Below, in pieces: positions 1 through 11,833 of a DNA stretch of 64,000 bases. The notes beneath the pieces were generated by a model. That model saw nothing but the letters and a program-made list of their open reading frames with translations, was not told the origin of the DNA and did no database searches. The position numbers were made by a program, and so were the translations under genes. Positions within the stretch are counted from its first letter, which is position 1; the number at the start of each line of letters is the position of its first letter. Source of the stretch: a bacterium (GTDB lineage Bacteria; UBA8248). The stretch is from positions 3,264,001 through 3,328,000 of the forward strand of contig OZ242260.1 in NCBI GenBank assembly GCA_965207065.1, in the 5' to 3' direction.

Positions 1-1917
1 ATCCGCCGCGTGAACCATACTGTCAGCCCGAGCGGGCGCGTTGATGACCGGGAGAGAAGAATTTTCAAGCGGCATGGGTTTTTCGTAGTGGTATTTGATG
101 CCCTTGTATTTATCCAGAATGCCGCATTGACCGCACGCCTCATAGCGGCAATCGCCGATAGTGACCTCGCGGAGTGAGCGTTTCCAGTCGGCGAGTTGAT
201 ACTCCTTCGTCACACCGCAGTCGAGATGATCCCAGGGGAGCGGGGCATCTTCCGGTATTTCGCGGTAGGCGTACCATTCCGGGTCGAGGTCATGTTCCCT
301 GAAGGCGGCCATCCATTTATCGTAGTCGAAAAACTCCATCCAGCCGTCGAATTTACATCCCATGTCGACCGCCGTCTCGATGGCGTCCGCCTGGCGGCGG
401 TCGCCTTTCGAGATAACCGCTTCCAAAAAACTGTGCTCGGGGTTCGACCAGTGCAGCTTGATTCGCCTGTCTGGCACGGCGCGCTTGATGAAATCGAGTT
501 TCGCCTTGATTTCCTCTTTCGTGTTCTGGGGAAACCACTGGAAGGGCGTATGGGGTTTCGGCACGAAGGTGGAAAGGCTGACGTTGATGAAGCGGAACGG
601 CTCGCCCGTTTTTCGCGAGCGCATCCTCATGCAGGACATGAGCATGTCCGCCATCTCCTGCAAGTCGTCGAAATTCTCGGTGGGGAGACCGAGCATGAAA
701 TAGAACTTTACGCCCGGCCATCCGGTGTCGAGGATGTCCTGGAGGTTTCGCTTGAGGTCCGCTTCGGTCAACACCTTGTTGATGACGTTTCGCAGGCGCT
801 CGCTGCCCGCCTCGGGCACCAGGGTGAAGCCCGTGCGGCGCACGCGGGCAATCTGGGCCAGGAGATCCGGGCTCATCGCGCCGACGCGCAACGATGGGAG
901 GGAGATGGAGGTCTGCATGGGAGCGAGGCGCTCCATCATGCGGGGTACCAGGCCCTTCAGGGGTTGATAATCGGCGATGCAAAGTGATGAGAGGCTGATT
1001 TCCTCATAACCCGTATTCTTGAGGGATTCCTCAGCGAGTTCGAGGACTTTGTGGGGGTCCCGATCCCGAACGGGGCGATAGACCATGCCTGCGTGACAAA
1101 AGCGGCATCCCCTCGTGCATCCGCGCTGCACCTCGAGCGTCACCCGGTCGTGCACCACCTGGGTGAAGGGGATGACAGGCTGCGTGGGGTGGGGCGAATC
1201 GTTCAAATCCTCCAGTACGCGCGCCAGAACGGGATCCTGGTGGCCGCTGACGTGATGAAAACGCTTCACCTCGCCGTCGGGCTCGTGTTCGACCACGTAA
1301 CGACTCGGGACGTAGACCCCGTCAATCTCCTCCAGCATCTCGAGCAACGCTTCTCTGGGTGCGTTCGTTTGCCGCCACCTCTCGTGGGCTTTGATGACAT
1401 CGGGGAAAAGTTCTTCTCCATCGCCGAGAGCGACGGCGTCGAAGAACGGCGCCATCGGCTCCACGTTGAACGTCACGGGACCGCCCGCGATGACGAGCGG
1501 GTCTTCTCTCCGCCTTTGGGTGGTTCGCCTGGGTATGCCGGCCAGATCGAGCAGCAAGACGATGTTGCTGGCGGCCAGTTCGTACAGAAGCGATATCCCC
1601 AGAATATGGAATTCCCGGACGGGCGTTCTGCTCTCCAGCGTGGTCAGAGGCGCGTTCTTGCTTCTCAGGATGGTTTCGAAATCATCCCAGGGGAGAAAAA
1701 CCCGCTCGGCGGCGACGTCTTCATTTTCGTTCAGGAGGTGATAGAGAATGCGGATGCCATTGTGCGACATGCCGACTTCATAAGTATCCGGGAACGCAAG
1801 TGCGATACGATTTCTTACCTTGGCGAGATCCTTGTGGATCGAGTTGACCTCGTTCCCTAGATAACGCGAAGGTTTCTGGACGAAGGGGAAAACGTCCCGT
1901 GCGTAGTCTAAATTCAT
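1..1917 (-). CDS. TIGR03960-type B12-binding radical SAM protein, partial (3' end runs off window start)
   Basis: Manual minus-strand translation (absent from ORF track): MNLDYARDVFPFVQKPSRYLGNEVNS...AFPDTYEVGMSHNG...; CxxxCxxC motif RGCTRGCRFC at ~1097-1135; late Cys cluster DCRYEACGQCG at ~121-155. Confidence 0.88.
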   Translation of the reverse strand, partial: MNLDYARDVFPFVQKPSRYLGNEVNSIHKDLAKVRNRIALAFPDTYEVGMSHNGIRILYHLLNENEDVAAERVFLPWDDFETILRSKNAPLTTLESRTPVREFHILGISLLYELAASNIVLLLDLAGIPRRTTQRRREDPLVIAGGPVTFNVEPMAPFFDAVALGDGEELFPDVIKAHERWRQTNAPREALLEMLEEIDGVYVPSRYVVEHEPDGEVKRFHHVSGHQDPVLARVLEDLNDSPHPTQPVIPFTQVVHDRVTLEVQRGCTRGCRFCHAGMVYRPVRDRDPHKVLELAEESLKNTGYEEISLSSLCIADYQPLKGLVPRMMERLAPMQTSISLPSLRVGAMSPDLLAQIARVRRTGFTLVPEAGSERLRNVINKVLTEADLKRNLQDILDTGWPGVKFYFMLGLPTENFDDLQEMADMLMSCMRMRSRKTGEPFRFINVSLSTFVPKPHTPFQWFPQNTKEEIKAKLDFIKRAVPDRRIKLHWSNPEHSFLEAVISKGDRRQADAIETAVDMGCKFDGWMEFFDYDKWMAAFREHDLDPEWYAYREIPEDAPLPWDHLDCGVTKEYQLADWKRSLREVTIGDCRYEACGQCGILDKYKGIKYHYEKPMPLENSSLPVINAPARADSMVHAAD

Positions 1918-2233
1918 TATAATCAACCTGATAAAGTCTCTCTCGCCAAATGCGAGGAGACATATTTTCTTCTTAAGGTTCCCGACCTGCGCCTTTTGGG
2001 GGTCTGGGCGAACCGATCCCTTATATTGACGGATATGGGAAGAATTGGCAACCGGGATATATTTCGAACGTGAGGCATCTGGCTTCATTGCGCATGTTCA
2101 CGCATATTGATGCCAAGATCGAACGAGGGGCTTTGCCGTAATTCGGTAGTGAGGGTATTTTCAATTCGTTGTTTCTGGAGATATGATTTTACGGATTCTT
2201 GACCACTTCTGACCGATTCAGGGAGTTTCGCAG

Positions 2234-3697
2234 ATGGAGCCGATGAATTTCTTACTCTTGATGGATGATGAGCATACACAAAAAATGATGGGCTGCTATG
2301 GCCACCCGATCGTCAAAACACCGAACATCGACGCGCTCGCTGCGTCGGGCACCCGGTTCGAGAGCGCATATACGAACTGCCCCATCTGCGCGCCAGCCCG
2401 CGCGAGTTTCGCCACGGGCAAGTATGTGCATGAAATCAGCGCCTGGGACAATGCGCATCCCTACGAGGGAAAGCCGCCGAGCTGGGGCCACCGCCTCCAG
2501 GAAGCCGGGGTGAGAACCGCTTCGGTCGGCAAGCTCCATTACCGAAACGCCGAGCTTCCCGTCGGCTTCGACGAGCAAATTATCCCCCTGCATGTGCCCA
2601 AAGGTGGAATAGGTGATATCCATAGTGCGGTTCGCGATGAGAAGGGCCTGCCGCCCCGGAACAATCCGGAATGGATGGCCGAGCAAATCGGGCCGGGTGA
2701 CTCCAAATATATTTCCTATGACGGGCAAGTCACGGATTTGGCCTGCGAGTGGATTGCCGGGCGAGCGAAGGAACTTGACGAGCGCCCCTGGGCGCTGTTC
2801 GTCTCGCTCACGTGCCCGCATTTCCCCTTTATCGGCCCGCCCGAGTTTTACGATCACTACCCGCTCGAAGACATCCCGCTGCCCGATCCCCACCCTTCGG
2901 GCGGCTACGATTGGCACCCCTGGATTGCCGCGCTTCACGAATGCGCTCCATACGACGATTATTTCGATGACCACAAGCGACGCGTCGCACTCGCGTCATA
3001 TTTCGCCATGATCAGCTTTGTGGATTCGAACGTCGGAAGAATCCTGAAAACTCTGGAAGATTCAGGTTTCAGGGACAACACGCGGGTGCTCTTCGCAAGC
3101 GACCACGGGGATAATCTGGGTGAGCGCGGTCTATGGGGGAAATCCACGATGTATGAGGAATCCGTCGCCGTGCCTCTCATCGTCTCTGGGCCGGACGTTC
3201 CGAGGGGGAAGGTGTCGCGAACGCCGGTCTCGCTCGTCGATCTTTATCCCACAGCGCTCGATTGCGCAGGTTTGCTTGAGAGCGACGAGGAAGCGCAGCT
3301 GCATGGCGATTCCATGTTCCGGATCGCGAATGGACCCGATGTCCCCGAGCGCGAGATTTTCAGCGAATTCCATGCGCTCGGCGCCAAGACGGGGTTGTTC
3401 ATGATTCGTCGAGGTCGCTACAAATACATCCATTACGTGGGGCACGAGCCCGAACTCTTTGATCTGGAAGACGATCCCGAGGAGCGCCGCGACATCTCCA
3501 AGAGCCCCGCACACCAATCCATACTCTCGGAGCTCGAAGCATGTCTTATGCGCGTCCTCGACCCCGAAGAGGTGGATGGGCGCGCAAAGGCGGAACAGGC
3601 GGCGTTGGTCGAGCGCCACGGAGGGCGTGACGCGGTGATCGCCATCGGTAACAGTTTCGCGTCCCCGCCCCCGGGCGAGAACGAATACGGGGAGTAG
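2234..3697 (+). CDS. Formylglycine-dependent sulfatase, choline-sulfatase-like
   Basis: N-terminal MDDEH, CxPxR motif (CAPARASFATG), GKLH, PHFP and SDHG motifs. Confidence 0.9.
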   Translation: MEPMNFLLLMDDEHTQKMMGCYGHPIVKTPNIDALAASGTRFESAYTNCPICAPARASFATGKYVHEISAWDNAHPYEGKPPSWGHRLQEAGVRTASVGKLHYRNAELPVGFDEQIIPLHVPKGGIGDIHSAVRDEKGLPPRNNPEWMAEQIGPGDSKYISYDGQVTDLACEWIAGRAKELDERPWALFVSLTCPHFPFIGPPEFYDHYPLEDIPLPDPHPSGGYDWHPWIAALHECAPYDDYFDDHKRRVALASYFAMISFVDSNVGRILKTLEDSGFRDNTRVLFASDHGDNLGERGLWGKSTMYEESVAVPLIVSGPDVPRGKVSRTPVSLVDLYPTALDCAGLLESDEEAQLHGDSMFRIANGPDVPEREIFSEFHALGAKTGLFMIRRGRYKYIHYVGHEPELFDLEDDPEERRDISKSPAHQSILSELEACLMRVLDPEEVDGRAKAEQAALVERHGGRDAVIAIGNSFASPPPGENEYGE

Positions 3698-3703
3698 GGG
3701 AGG

Positions 3704-4846
3704 CTAACTGAACGCGTGAGTGAGACTCTTTCTTCTCATGCCGACGTTCAGGACCAGTGCGATGGCGATGAATGACGAGATGGAAGCGCTCCCCCCGTAG
3801 CTTACCAGTGGAAGCGGGATTCCGACGATCGGCATCAAGCCGAGCGTCATCCCGATGTTGAAGATGATGTAGAGGAAAAACGCCGTAGTGATGCCTACGG
3901 CAAGCAGGGCGCCTTCCTTATCGGCGGCGTTTAGCGCTGCGCTCAGACACCGGAGGATAAATATGAAGAACAAAGCCAATACAGTAACACTGCCGATAAA
4001 ACCGAGTTCTTCACTCAGTACAGAGAAAATAAAATCGGTGTGCTTCTCCGGCAGGAAATGAAGCCTGCTCTGCGTTCCCTGGAGCAGTCCCTTTCCCCAG
4101 AATTCCCCGCTGCCGACGGCGATGATGCTTTGCATACTCTGATAGCCTGCGCCGAGGGGGTCTGCGTCCGGGTTGATCAGGGTCAGGATGCGCTGTCTCT
4201 GATATGGCTTGAGGAATAACCAGCCCAGCGGTGCGCTCGCGATCGCCATGCATCCGATGGTGAGGATGACTCTTTTCCTGACGCCGACGACGAGGACCAT
4301 CGCTCCTGCTATCAGGAATACGGTGAGTCCAGTGCCCAAATCGGGTTGTCGTACAATCAGCAACACGGGCGCTATCGCCAGAACAAACGCCGGGAAAAGC
4401 TCCTTGAATCCAATGGGGTTTTCTTCTCCGCGAGAGCCGAAGTATCTGGCCAGCACGAGGATGACCGCCAGACGCGCAAGCTCGGAGGGTTGCAATCGCA
4501 AGGGGCCGAAAACGAGCCAGCGCTTCGCACCGTATACTACCTGTCCCGAGAAGAGGACGGCGATGAGCAAAACGATGACGAGGGCGTAGAAGAAATAGGC
4601 CCATCGCGTAAAAAAGTGGTAGTCGAAAAAGAGGATACAGGGCAATAGGCATAAGCCGATGGAAGACCACAACGCTTGTTTCAGGTGCAGGGAGTTTTTC
4701 AGGAAAACGGGGTTGGAATGAGTAGCGCTGTAAATCATATAAATACCTGTCAAGCTTAGTAAAAGCGTGGCTAGAGCGAGCAGCCAGTCCATCTGCGAGA
4801 CGGCTCGCCGAAAAGGGGATGATTGAGAAGGAGCGATCCCTGTCAT
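3704..4846 (-). CDS. rodA: Rod shape-determining SEDS protein RodA
   Basis: GAKRW, QPSE, LPEKHTDFIF, LPLVSYGGS motifs; follows PBP2 gene. Confidence 0.95.
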   Translation of the reverse strand: MTGIAPSQSSPFRRAVSQMDWLLALATLLLSLTGIYMIYSATHSNPVFLKNSLHLKQALWSSIGLCLLPCILFFDYHFFTRWAYFFYALVIVLLIAVLFSGQVVYGAKRWLVFGPLRLQPSELARLAVILVLARYFGSRGEENPIGFKELFPAFVLAIAPVLLIVRQPDLGTGLTVFLIAGAMVLVVGVRKRVILTIGCMAIASAPLGWLFLKPYQRQRILTLINPDADPLGAGYQSMQSIIAVGSGEFWGKGLLQGTQSRLHFLPEKHTDFIFSVLSEELGFIGSVTVLALFFIFILRCLSAALNAADKEGALLAVGITTAFFLYIIFNIGMTLGLMPIVGIPLPLVSYGGSASISSFIAIALVLNVGMRRKSLTHAFS

Positions 4847-6744
4847 CTACGCGCTCCCGGAGCCTGTTTGAGCGGGGCGGGCGGTTTTTCTTCAGTCGCT
4901 TCGTTCGAAGCCAGAATCTGTTGTTCGTTTTTCGTGAGATAAAAGGAAATGATCTCTTTTGCATATGGGGCGAAAAAAGACCCCGGTCTACCGGCATTTT
5001 CCCCTAAAATGGCGATAGCGATCGTGGGTTTTTCGTAAGGGGCGAATGCGACGAACCAGGAGTGGTCCCGAAATTTTCGCGGCAATTCTTCGGGTTTTCT
5101 TTTGCGGCCCGTGTATTTGAGGTCGACGGTCTGGGCGGTGCCCGTCTTGCCGGCCACGAAAATGTCGGGTACCTGGGCTTTTTTCGCCGTGCCCTTTTTG
5201 CCATGGACGACTTCTTTGAGCGCTTCTCGAACTTTCCGGAAAATCTTCTGTGAAATCGGGATTTTGCGGATGAGTCGGGGCCTGGATTCGAAGAGCGGCT
5301 TGCCACCGGGGCTCAGCACTTTTTTCACAATATAAGGTTTCCAAAGATTACCGCCGTTCGCCACGGTGGCGATGAGGTTGGCGGCTTGCATGGGGGTGAT
5401 GAGATTGAAGCCCTGGCCGATGGAAACGCTGATCGTCTCGCCTTCGTACCATCTTTCCTTGAATCGACGACGCTTCCAGGCATCCGATGGCACGAGCCCT
5501 CCTTTTTCGGCCGCTCCGAAACCGGTAGGCGAACCCAGGCCGAACATGCGCGCGTAACGCGCGATTCTCTCGATGCCCAGCTTGTGGCCGTTCGTGTAGT
5601 AGTAGACGTCACAGCTTTGGGCCAGGGATTGGATGAAGTCTATAGGTCCGTGTCCACCCTTCTTCCAGTCGCGAAATATTTTCTTTCCGAATGGAAACGT
5701 GCCGTGGCAGCGTATTTTTTCATCGGAACGCGCGATTTTCTCGTTCAGAATTGCGAAACCCATCACGATTTTGAAAATCGAGCCGGGAGGGTATTGCCCC
5801 CGGATGGCCCGGTTCTCGAGCGGTTTCAAGGGGTCTTTCATGAGGCCTTTCCAGTCTTTGGCGTCTATGCCGCCGGCGAAGATGTTCGGGTTGAATGACG
5901 GTTTGCTCACCATGGCCAAAATTGCGCCGTCCGAGGGGTCGAGAATGACGATGCTGCCCTCATGCGCTTCGAACAACTCTTCCGCCTTTTTCTGGAGTTC
6001 CATGTCAATCGTCAGATAGACGTTGTTTCCCGCTTTTTCCACAAACGGGCGGACGATGCGCAACTCTCTTCCGTAGGCGTCCACCTCCACTTGCTTGAAG
6101 CCACTCTGACCGCGCAGGAATTTTTCCTGAGTCCGCTCGACCCCGTACTGGCCGAGCAGGTCTCCCTGCCGGTAGTTTCGTTGCTTCAGGCGTTGCAGCT
6201 GACGGTTGGTCACCTCGCCCAAATAACCGAGAAGGTGACTCGCCTGCTCTTTGGACGGGTATCGCCTGAGGGGCGTCGCCTGAACGAATACGCCGGGATA
6301 GTCGGGCTTGTGCTCTTCCAGAAAGGCCATGGTTTTGCGGCTGATGTCCGCCTTGATCAGAAATGGCCGGAAGGGGTTCGCATTCCGGGTTCTTTGGTAG
6401 AGTACCTCAAAAGGTTGTTTCGTGATTTCGGCCAGCAGCCGGATGGTTTGCTTTGGGTTTTTTGCATTTTCCCGAATTAGATAAATGTTGAACGATGCGC
6501 GGTTATCCGCAAGCAGTTCTCCCTGTGAGTCGAGTACCATGCCCCTGGGGCTTTGCACGAGTCGATAGGCAATCCGGTTGTCTTCGGATAGGGTTCGGAA
6601 TTTTTCGCCCTGGATGACCTGAAGGTTCCAGAGCCTGATGAACAAGCCGAGAAGGATGATCCCAAAACATATCCCGAAGATGACGACACGGCGTTTGAGC
6701 GCGTCACTGGTCGCGGGATTTGAATTGAATTGCCATTCTTTCAT
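4843..6744 (-). CDS. mrdA: Penicillin-binding protein 2
   Basis: N-terminal TM helix, SxxK (PGSIFK), SCD, KTG motifs; mre operon context. Confidence 0.95.
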   Translation of the reverse strand: MKEWQFNSNPATSDALKRRVVIFGICFGIILLGLFIRLWNLQVIQGEKFRTLSEDNRIAYRLVQSPRGMVLDSQGELLADNRASFNIYLIRENAKNPKQTIRLLAEITKQPFEVLYQRTRNANPFRPFLIKADISRKTMAFLEEHKPDYPGVFVQATPLRRYPSKEQASHLLGYLGEVTNRQLQRLKQRNYRQGDLLGQYGVERTQEKFLRGQSGFKQVEVDAYGRELRIVRPFVEKAGNNVYLTIDMELQKKAEELFEAHEGSIVILDPSDGAILAMVSKPSFNPNIFAGGIDAKDWKGLMKDPLKPLENRAIRGQYPPGSIFKIVMGFAILNEKIARSDEKIRCHGTFPFGKKIFRDWKKGGHGPIDFIQSLAQSCDVYYYTNGHKLGIERIARYARMFGLGSPTGFGAAEKGGLVPSDAWKRRRFKERWYEGETISVSIGQGFNLITPMQAANLIATVANGGNLWKPYIVKKVLSPGGKPLFESRPRLIRKIPISQKIFRKVREALKEVVHGKKGTAKKAQVPDIFVAGKTGTAQTVDLKYTGRKRKPEELPRKFRDHSWFVAFAPYEKPTIAIAILGENAGRPGSFFAPYAKEIISFYLTKNEQQILASNEATEEKPPAPLKQAPGARR

Positions 6745-6745
6745 C

Positions 6746-7273
6746 TCAGGATCGCTCCGGATAGGGCGTGCCCGCGTCGGATGGTAGCATCTTTCCCTCT
6801 ATTATTCCCAGAAGGCTGAAGATGAACGGCGCCAAAACGACGTTCAGGCCCACCGTCTTGATTGAATCCATCCAATATGTGAAAGCCATAAACTGAGTGG
6901 GTATAAATAATTGCGCGAGAATGAAAGCAAATAAGGCGTAGAATATCGAAGCGGAAAACACCACCGTGCACTGAAAAACGACGAAACGAGCCGTCATATT
7001 GGGTTTCAGTCCGCCCGTGTAATGACCGATCAGCCCTTTGAGGAGCGCGTTGAAACCCAGTAAGCCTCCTGAGAGGATATCCTCGAAAATCCCGAGAATG
7101 AATCCTCCTAGAAGTCCCGTTTCCCTGTCACGATGCAGACCCAGGAAAACCGTCGTAAGAAGCATGGCGTCCGGCTTGGCGCCAGTCCAGATCAAGAAAT
7201 AATCCGCCACCGACGTGTGCAGGACAATCGCCAGGACGGCGAGTATAATGTAAAATAATACAATCATTTCCAA
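6746..7273 (-). CDS. mreD: Rod shape-determining protein MreD
   Basis: Hydrophobic 175 aa protein with KPD and GxxxGxxED, located between mreC and mrdA. Confidence 0.88.
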   Translation of the reverse strand: MEMIVLFYIILAVLAIVLHTSVADYFLIWTGAKPDAMLLTTVFLGLHRDRETGLLGGFILGIFEDILSGGLLGFNALLKGLIGHYTGGLKPNMTARFVVFQCTVVFSASIFYALFAFILAQLFIPTQFMAFTYWMDSIKTVGLNVVLAPFIFSLLGIIEGKMLPSDAGTPYPERS

Positions 7274-8097
7274 GGGTTTTCTTTAGGTGCTATCATCAGG
7301 ATCATCACCTCTTCCAAATTGGAAAAATCGACAATCGCCCTGGCTTTTATTTTTGGGAACAACCCCCTGACGTCCGTGACTTTCGTTATATGGGCTACGG
7401 GAAGTCCTTTAGGAAAAATCCCCCCCAACCCGGAGGAAATAAGGAGGTCCCCGCGTTTCATATTCACGTGTTTCGGCATGTAGCGCACCTCGCTCTCTCC
7501 TTCCGGGGAGATGGTGAAAACCCCTTGTGAGCGTGAGCGTTGGGCGATGACGTTGACGGCGCTTCTCGAGTCGAGCAAGGTCAGAACCTGGCTCACGTTG
7601 TTTCCCACACGGGAGATTCTTCCCACAAGGCCCGCCTGGTGCATTACCGGCATGTTCCTGTTCACGCCATCTCGGGAGCCGAGGTCCAACAGCAGGGATT
7701 CTCCATAGATGTTTTTGTTGCGAGCCAATATTCGGGCCAAGCGAACGGGCGCCTCGAGATTCTGTGATGCACCGAGCAGTTTCTTGAGGCGTGCGACTTC
7801 TGATTTCAATTCCTGTATCTGAGCATGATGTGTATTCAGCGTTTGCAGCTTTCGCTTCAACTCGGTGTTCTCTTCATGCGCATTTTTGAGGAGTTGGTAT
7901 TTCTGCCAGAGTTCGACCGACCATTTTCTGGGAATGTCGGCGACACGAATGGTCGAACCCAGTATGGAGAGTATCGATCTCTCCAACAGAGTGGATTGAC
8001 CACGAAAGCGCACGCTCAGCGTCATGAGAGTGAAAGAGACGAGAAACAACCCTATGAGCAGGGCTAAACTTCTGCGTTCGACTAGAAACTGAAGCAT
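7264..8097 (-). CDS. mreC: Rod shape-determining protein MreC
   Basis: TM helix plus coiled coil; GLVGRI and SSGLGGIFPKGLPV motifs. Confidence 0.93.
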   Translation of the reverse strand: MLQFLVERRSLALLIGLFLVSFTLMTLSVRFRGQSTLLERSILSILGSTIRVADIPRKWSVELWQKYQLLKNAHEENTELKRKLQTLNTHHAQIQELKSEVARLKKLLGASQNLEAPVRLARILARNKNIYGESLLLDLGSRDGVNRNMPVMHQAGLVGRISRVGNNVSQVLTLLDSRSAVNVIAQRSRSQGVFTISPEGESEVRYMPKHVNMKRGDLLISSGLGGIFPKGLPVAHITKVTDVRGLFPKIKARAIVDFSNLEEVMILMIAPKENPWK

Positions 8098-8176
8098 AAT
8101 ATTCTAAGGCGAATTTTCAGAAACTGAAGAAAACGCCATCGCGGGCAGTGACCGAAGCTTTGATGAACTATATCGG

Positions 8177-9235
<1,059 letters not shown>

Positions 9236-9482
9236 TCATTCCGTGGGCGAAGTTCTCACTATGATTACACTCCAAGTGAGAATACTCAAGGAAACCACCA
9301 ATTTCAAGGAGAAAGGCGCGCCGATGCGAGAAAAATTCCATTGAGCTGCGGGCCAGGCCGATGAAAATTCGCCTTCCCCGGTTTGCGATGACGCGAGAGG
9401 TGGGCTATTTTTCTCTTTTGCTCGCCACTGAAATCTTGTGCGATCGCATGGACGGTCGATTTGGAAGGAGTACAAAACATTG

Positions 9483-11381
9483 ATGCTTCGCTTTTTGAGA
9501 GAAAAGGGCAAAAGCTGGGTCCTAAAGGCTTTGCTGGGCTTCGTAGCGCTCACGTTCGTCTCTTTCGGCGGGTTCGCACTCACGGACAGGCAGGCTGATA
9601 CCGGAGGCGGCCGGGTCGCGGCGTGGGTGGGCGATACGCCCATATCGGTGCGCGAATTCGAGCAGCGCTATTATCAGCGGGCCGAAACGCTCAGGCGACA
9701 ACTGGGCGCCGCCTATAATGAGGAACTCGCGCGCCAGCTTGGTCTGAGGCGCCAGACGCTCGATTCTCTCATACTGGAGAAACTTCAGCTGCGTGAAGCC
9801 CGGCGGCTCGGGATTGTGGTCTCCAACGCGCAAGTCGCCCTCCAGATACAATCGCTCGCCCCATTTCAGAGAGACGGAAAATTCGACGCCCAGCGATATC
9901 GCAGCATCCTGGAGTCGAATGGCATCACCCCCCGACAGTTCGAGGCTGACCAAAGGCGGGTCGTTTTGCTCAACCAGCTTCGGGACTATGTGAACCTGGG
10001 CGTACTGGTCAGTGACCAGGAGGTGCGGGACGCCTTTGAGTGGAGAAACGCGGAAATCAAGTTGGCCGCCGTTCGTCTGAAACCCGAATCTTTCACAGCG
10101 GATGTGCTGAAGCTGGAAGCCGACCTGAAGGCCCATTACGAAAAAAACAAGGATCAGTTTAAAACAGGTCCGCAAAGGAAGGTGTCGTGGTGGTATCTGC
10201 CGTTTTCCGCGGTGGCGAAAGGGATCGTACTAAGCGATACGGACTTGAGGTCGTACTATACGCAAACCCGTGCGAAATACGGGCGCAAGGAGAGCGTGGC
10301 GGTAAATCAGATACTGCTGAAAATGCCTCCCAATCCGAAAAAAGAACTGATCGAGGCGAGCCGGAAACAGCTTGAAGAGCTGCGTGAGCGCATCATGAAG
10401 GGCGAGAAATTCACCGAACTGGCCAAAGCGCACTCCCAGGGTCCGGCAGCGAAGCGCGGGGGAGATCTTGGCGTTTTCGGCAGGGGACAGATGCTGCCTG
10501 AACTTGAGAAGGTGGCCTACGCCCTGAAAAAAGGAGAGGTGAGCAAACCGGTGAAGACTTCATTCGGATTGCACCTGCTGTGGGTGCGGGACAAGGTCTT
10601 GCCCGGCGAGAAACCCTTCGAGGAAGTGCGAAAGCAGGTGGAGCAAGATTTGCGGGCCTTGCGCTCCCGGGAGCAGGCGAAGAATGAATTAAGAAAGGTC
10701 CGCTATGCCGTGGAAGACAATAAGGCGGAGCCTGCTCTCGCCGGGCTGAAAAAGGGAGAAACCGGCTTTTTTGAAAGAGGCCGTGTTTCACAGACGGTGC
10801 CTGCATCTAATGTAGTGAGCGAGCTTGCTTTCGGTCTGAGCGGCGAGGAGAAGATATCCAGAGAGCGCGAGGGAGGCGGTGGCGTCGGCTTCGTGCGTCT
10901 TGAGGCGAAAAGGGAGCCTTTTGTCCCTGAATTCCAGGATGTGCGCAAACAGGTGGAGAGTTCATTCCTGCGCATCAAGGGGGCTGAGATTGCGAAACGA
11001 AAAGCGGCACTATGGCTCCAGGAGTTGAAGGATAAAAAGAGTAGCCTCTCTTCCATCGCCGAGGAGCTGAGTCTCAAAGTGCTCACTCCCAAGGCCTTCA
11101 AGCGAGCGGGCGTTCCTAATGAACTTGGACCTTCTCAAGAGATAGCGAGCCTCGCGTTCACCCTCAAAAAGGGCGGGTTCGGAACGGCTCAATCCGGTAG
11201 GGACGTGATTTTGTTTGAAGTGTTGGAGAAGCCACAGGCCGACATGAAGAAGTTCGAGTCAGAAAAGGCGGATTTCCGCCAGGGTATGCTGCGTCTGAAG
11301 GGTGTGATGGTCTTCAATCAGTATCTGGAAAGACTCAGGCAGGCGTCCAACATCCGCTTTGAGGAAGGATTCAACTTATAG
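9483..11381 (+). CDS. ppiD: PpiD-like SurA-N/parvulin periplasmic chaperone
   Basis: N-terminal anchor, SurA-N region, parvulin motif FTELAKAHSQGPAAKRGGDLG...FGLHL; start placed at MLRFLRE. Confidence 0.85.
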   Translation: MLRFLREKGKSWVLKALLGFVALTFVSFGGFALTDRQADTGGGRVAAWVGDTPISVREFEQRYYQRAETLRRQLGAAYNEELARQLGLRRQTLDSLILEKLQLREARRLGIVVSNAQVALQIQSLAPFQRDGKFDAQRYRSILESNGITPRQFEADQRRVVLLNQLRDYVNLGVLVSDQEVRDAFEWRNAEIKLAAVRLKPESFTADVLKLEADLKAHYEKNKDQFKTGPQRKVSWWYLPFSAVAKGIVLSDTDLRSYYTQTRAKYGRKESVAVNQILLKMPPNPKKELIEASRKQLEELRERIMKGEKFTELAKAHSQGPAAKRGGDLGVFGRGQMLPELEKVAYALKKGEVSKPVKTSFGLHLLWVRDKVLPGEKPFEEVRKQVEQDLRALRSREQAKNELRKVRYAVEDNKAEPALAGLKKGETGFFERGRVSQTVPASNVVSELAFGLSGEEKISREREGGGGVGFVRLEAKREPFVPEFQDVRKQVESSFLRIKGAEIAKRKAALWLQELKDKKSSLSSIAEELSLKVLTPKAFKRAGVPNELGPSQEIASLAFTLKKGGFGTAQSGRDVILFEVLEKPQADMKKFESEKADFRQGMLRLKGVMVFNQYLERLRQASNIRFEEGFNL

Positions 11382-11420
11382 AGGATATCGAATCAGTTTC
11401 TCTTCCCTCTATTTCCGGCA

Positions 11421-11735
11421 TTACCGCCAGAAATCTTCCCGATCCTCGGGCCTGATTTCGTGTTTTTCCTGCATTCCCTTTGCAAACAGGTCGGCCGCTT
11501 CTTTCTTTCTGGCCTCTTGTTGACTCATCAATTCCTGAATGTCGGGCGTTTTCTTCCTGGCCGCTTCGGCGAACGGGTCTTTTACCTGATGTCGCAGAAT
11601 CCGCACGGAGTCCTCTCCGATCTCGAAGCGGATTTGGTTCCCCGGCCCGGCGTCCAGGGATTTCATGATGTCCTTGGGCAGGTGAATTCTTCCCCCTTGG
11701 CCGATTTCGACGATGTATGGTTTTCTCTCACTCAT
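11421..11735 (-). CDS. AbrB/MazE/SpoVT-family DNA-binding protein
   Basis: IVEIGQGGRIHLPKDIMKSLDAGPGNQIRF swapped-hairpin signature; start at MSERKP. Confidence 0.75.
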   Translation of the reverse strand: MSERKPYIVEIGQGGRIHLPKDIMKSLDAGPGNQIRFEIGEDSVRILRHQVKDPFAEAARKKTPDIQELMSQQEARKKEAADLFAKGMQEKHEIRPEDREDFWR

Positions 11736-11833
11736 GAAGTATTTTCCTCCGAGCCTGCCGCCCACCCCCTTCGTTATGATCAGTTTATCAGGAGCGGGGA
11801 AAAACATGAAACACGCATTTCGAAGCGCCGGGC

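Noticed and set aside
196-1860. Plus-strand ORFs 196..987 and 1051..1860
   Set aside because: Antisense shadows of the minus-strand radical SAM gene
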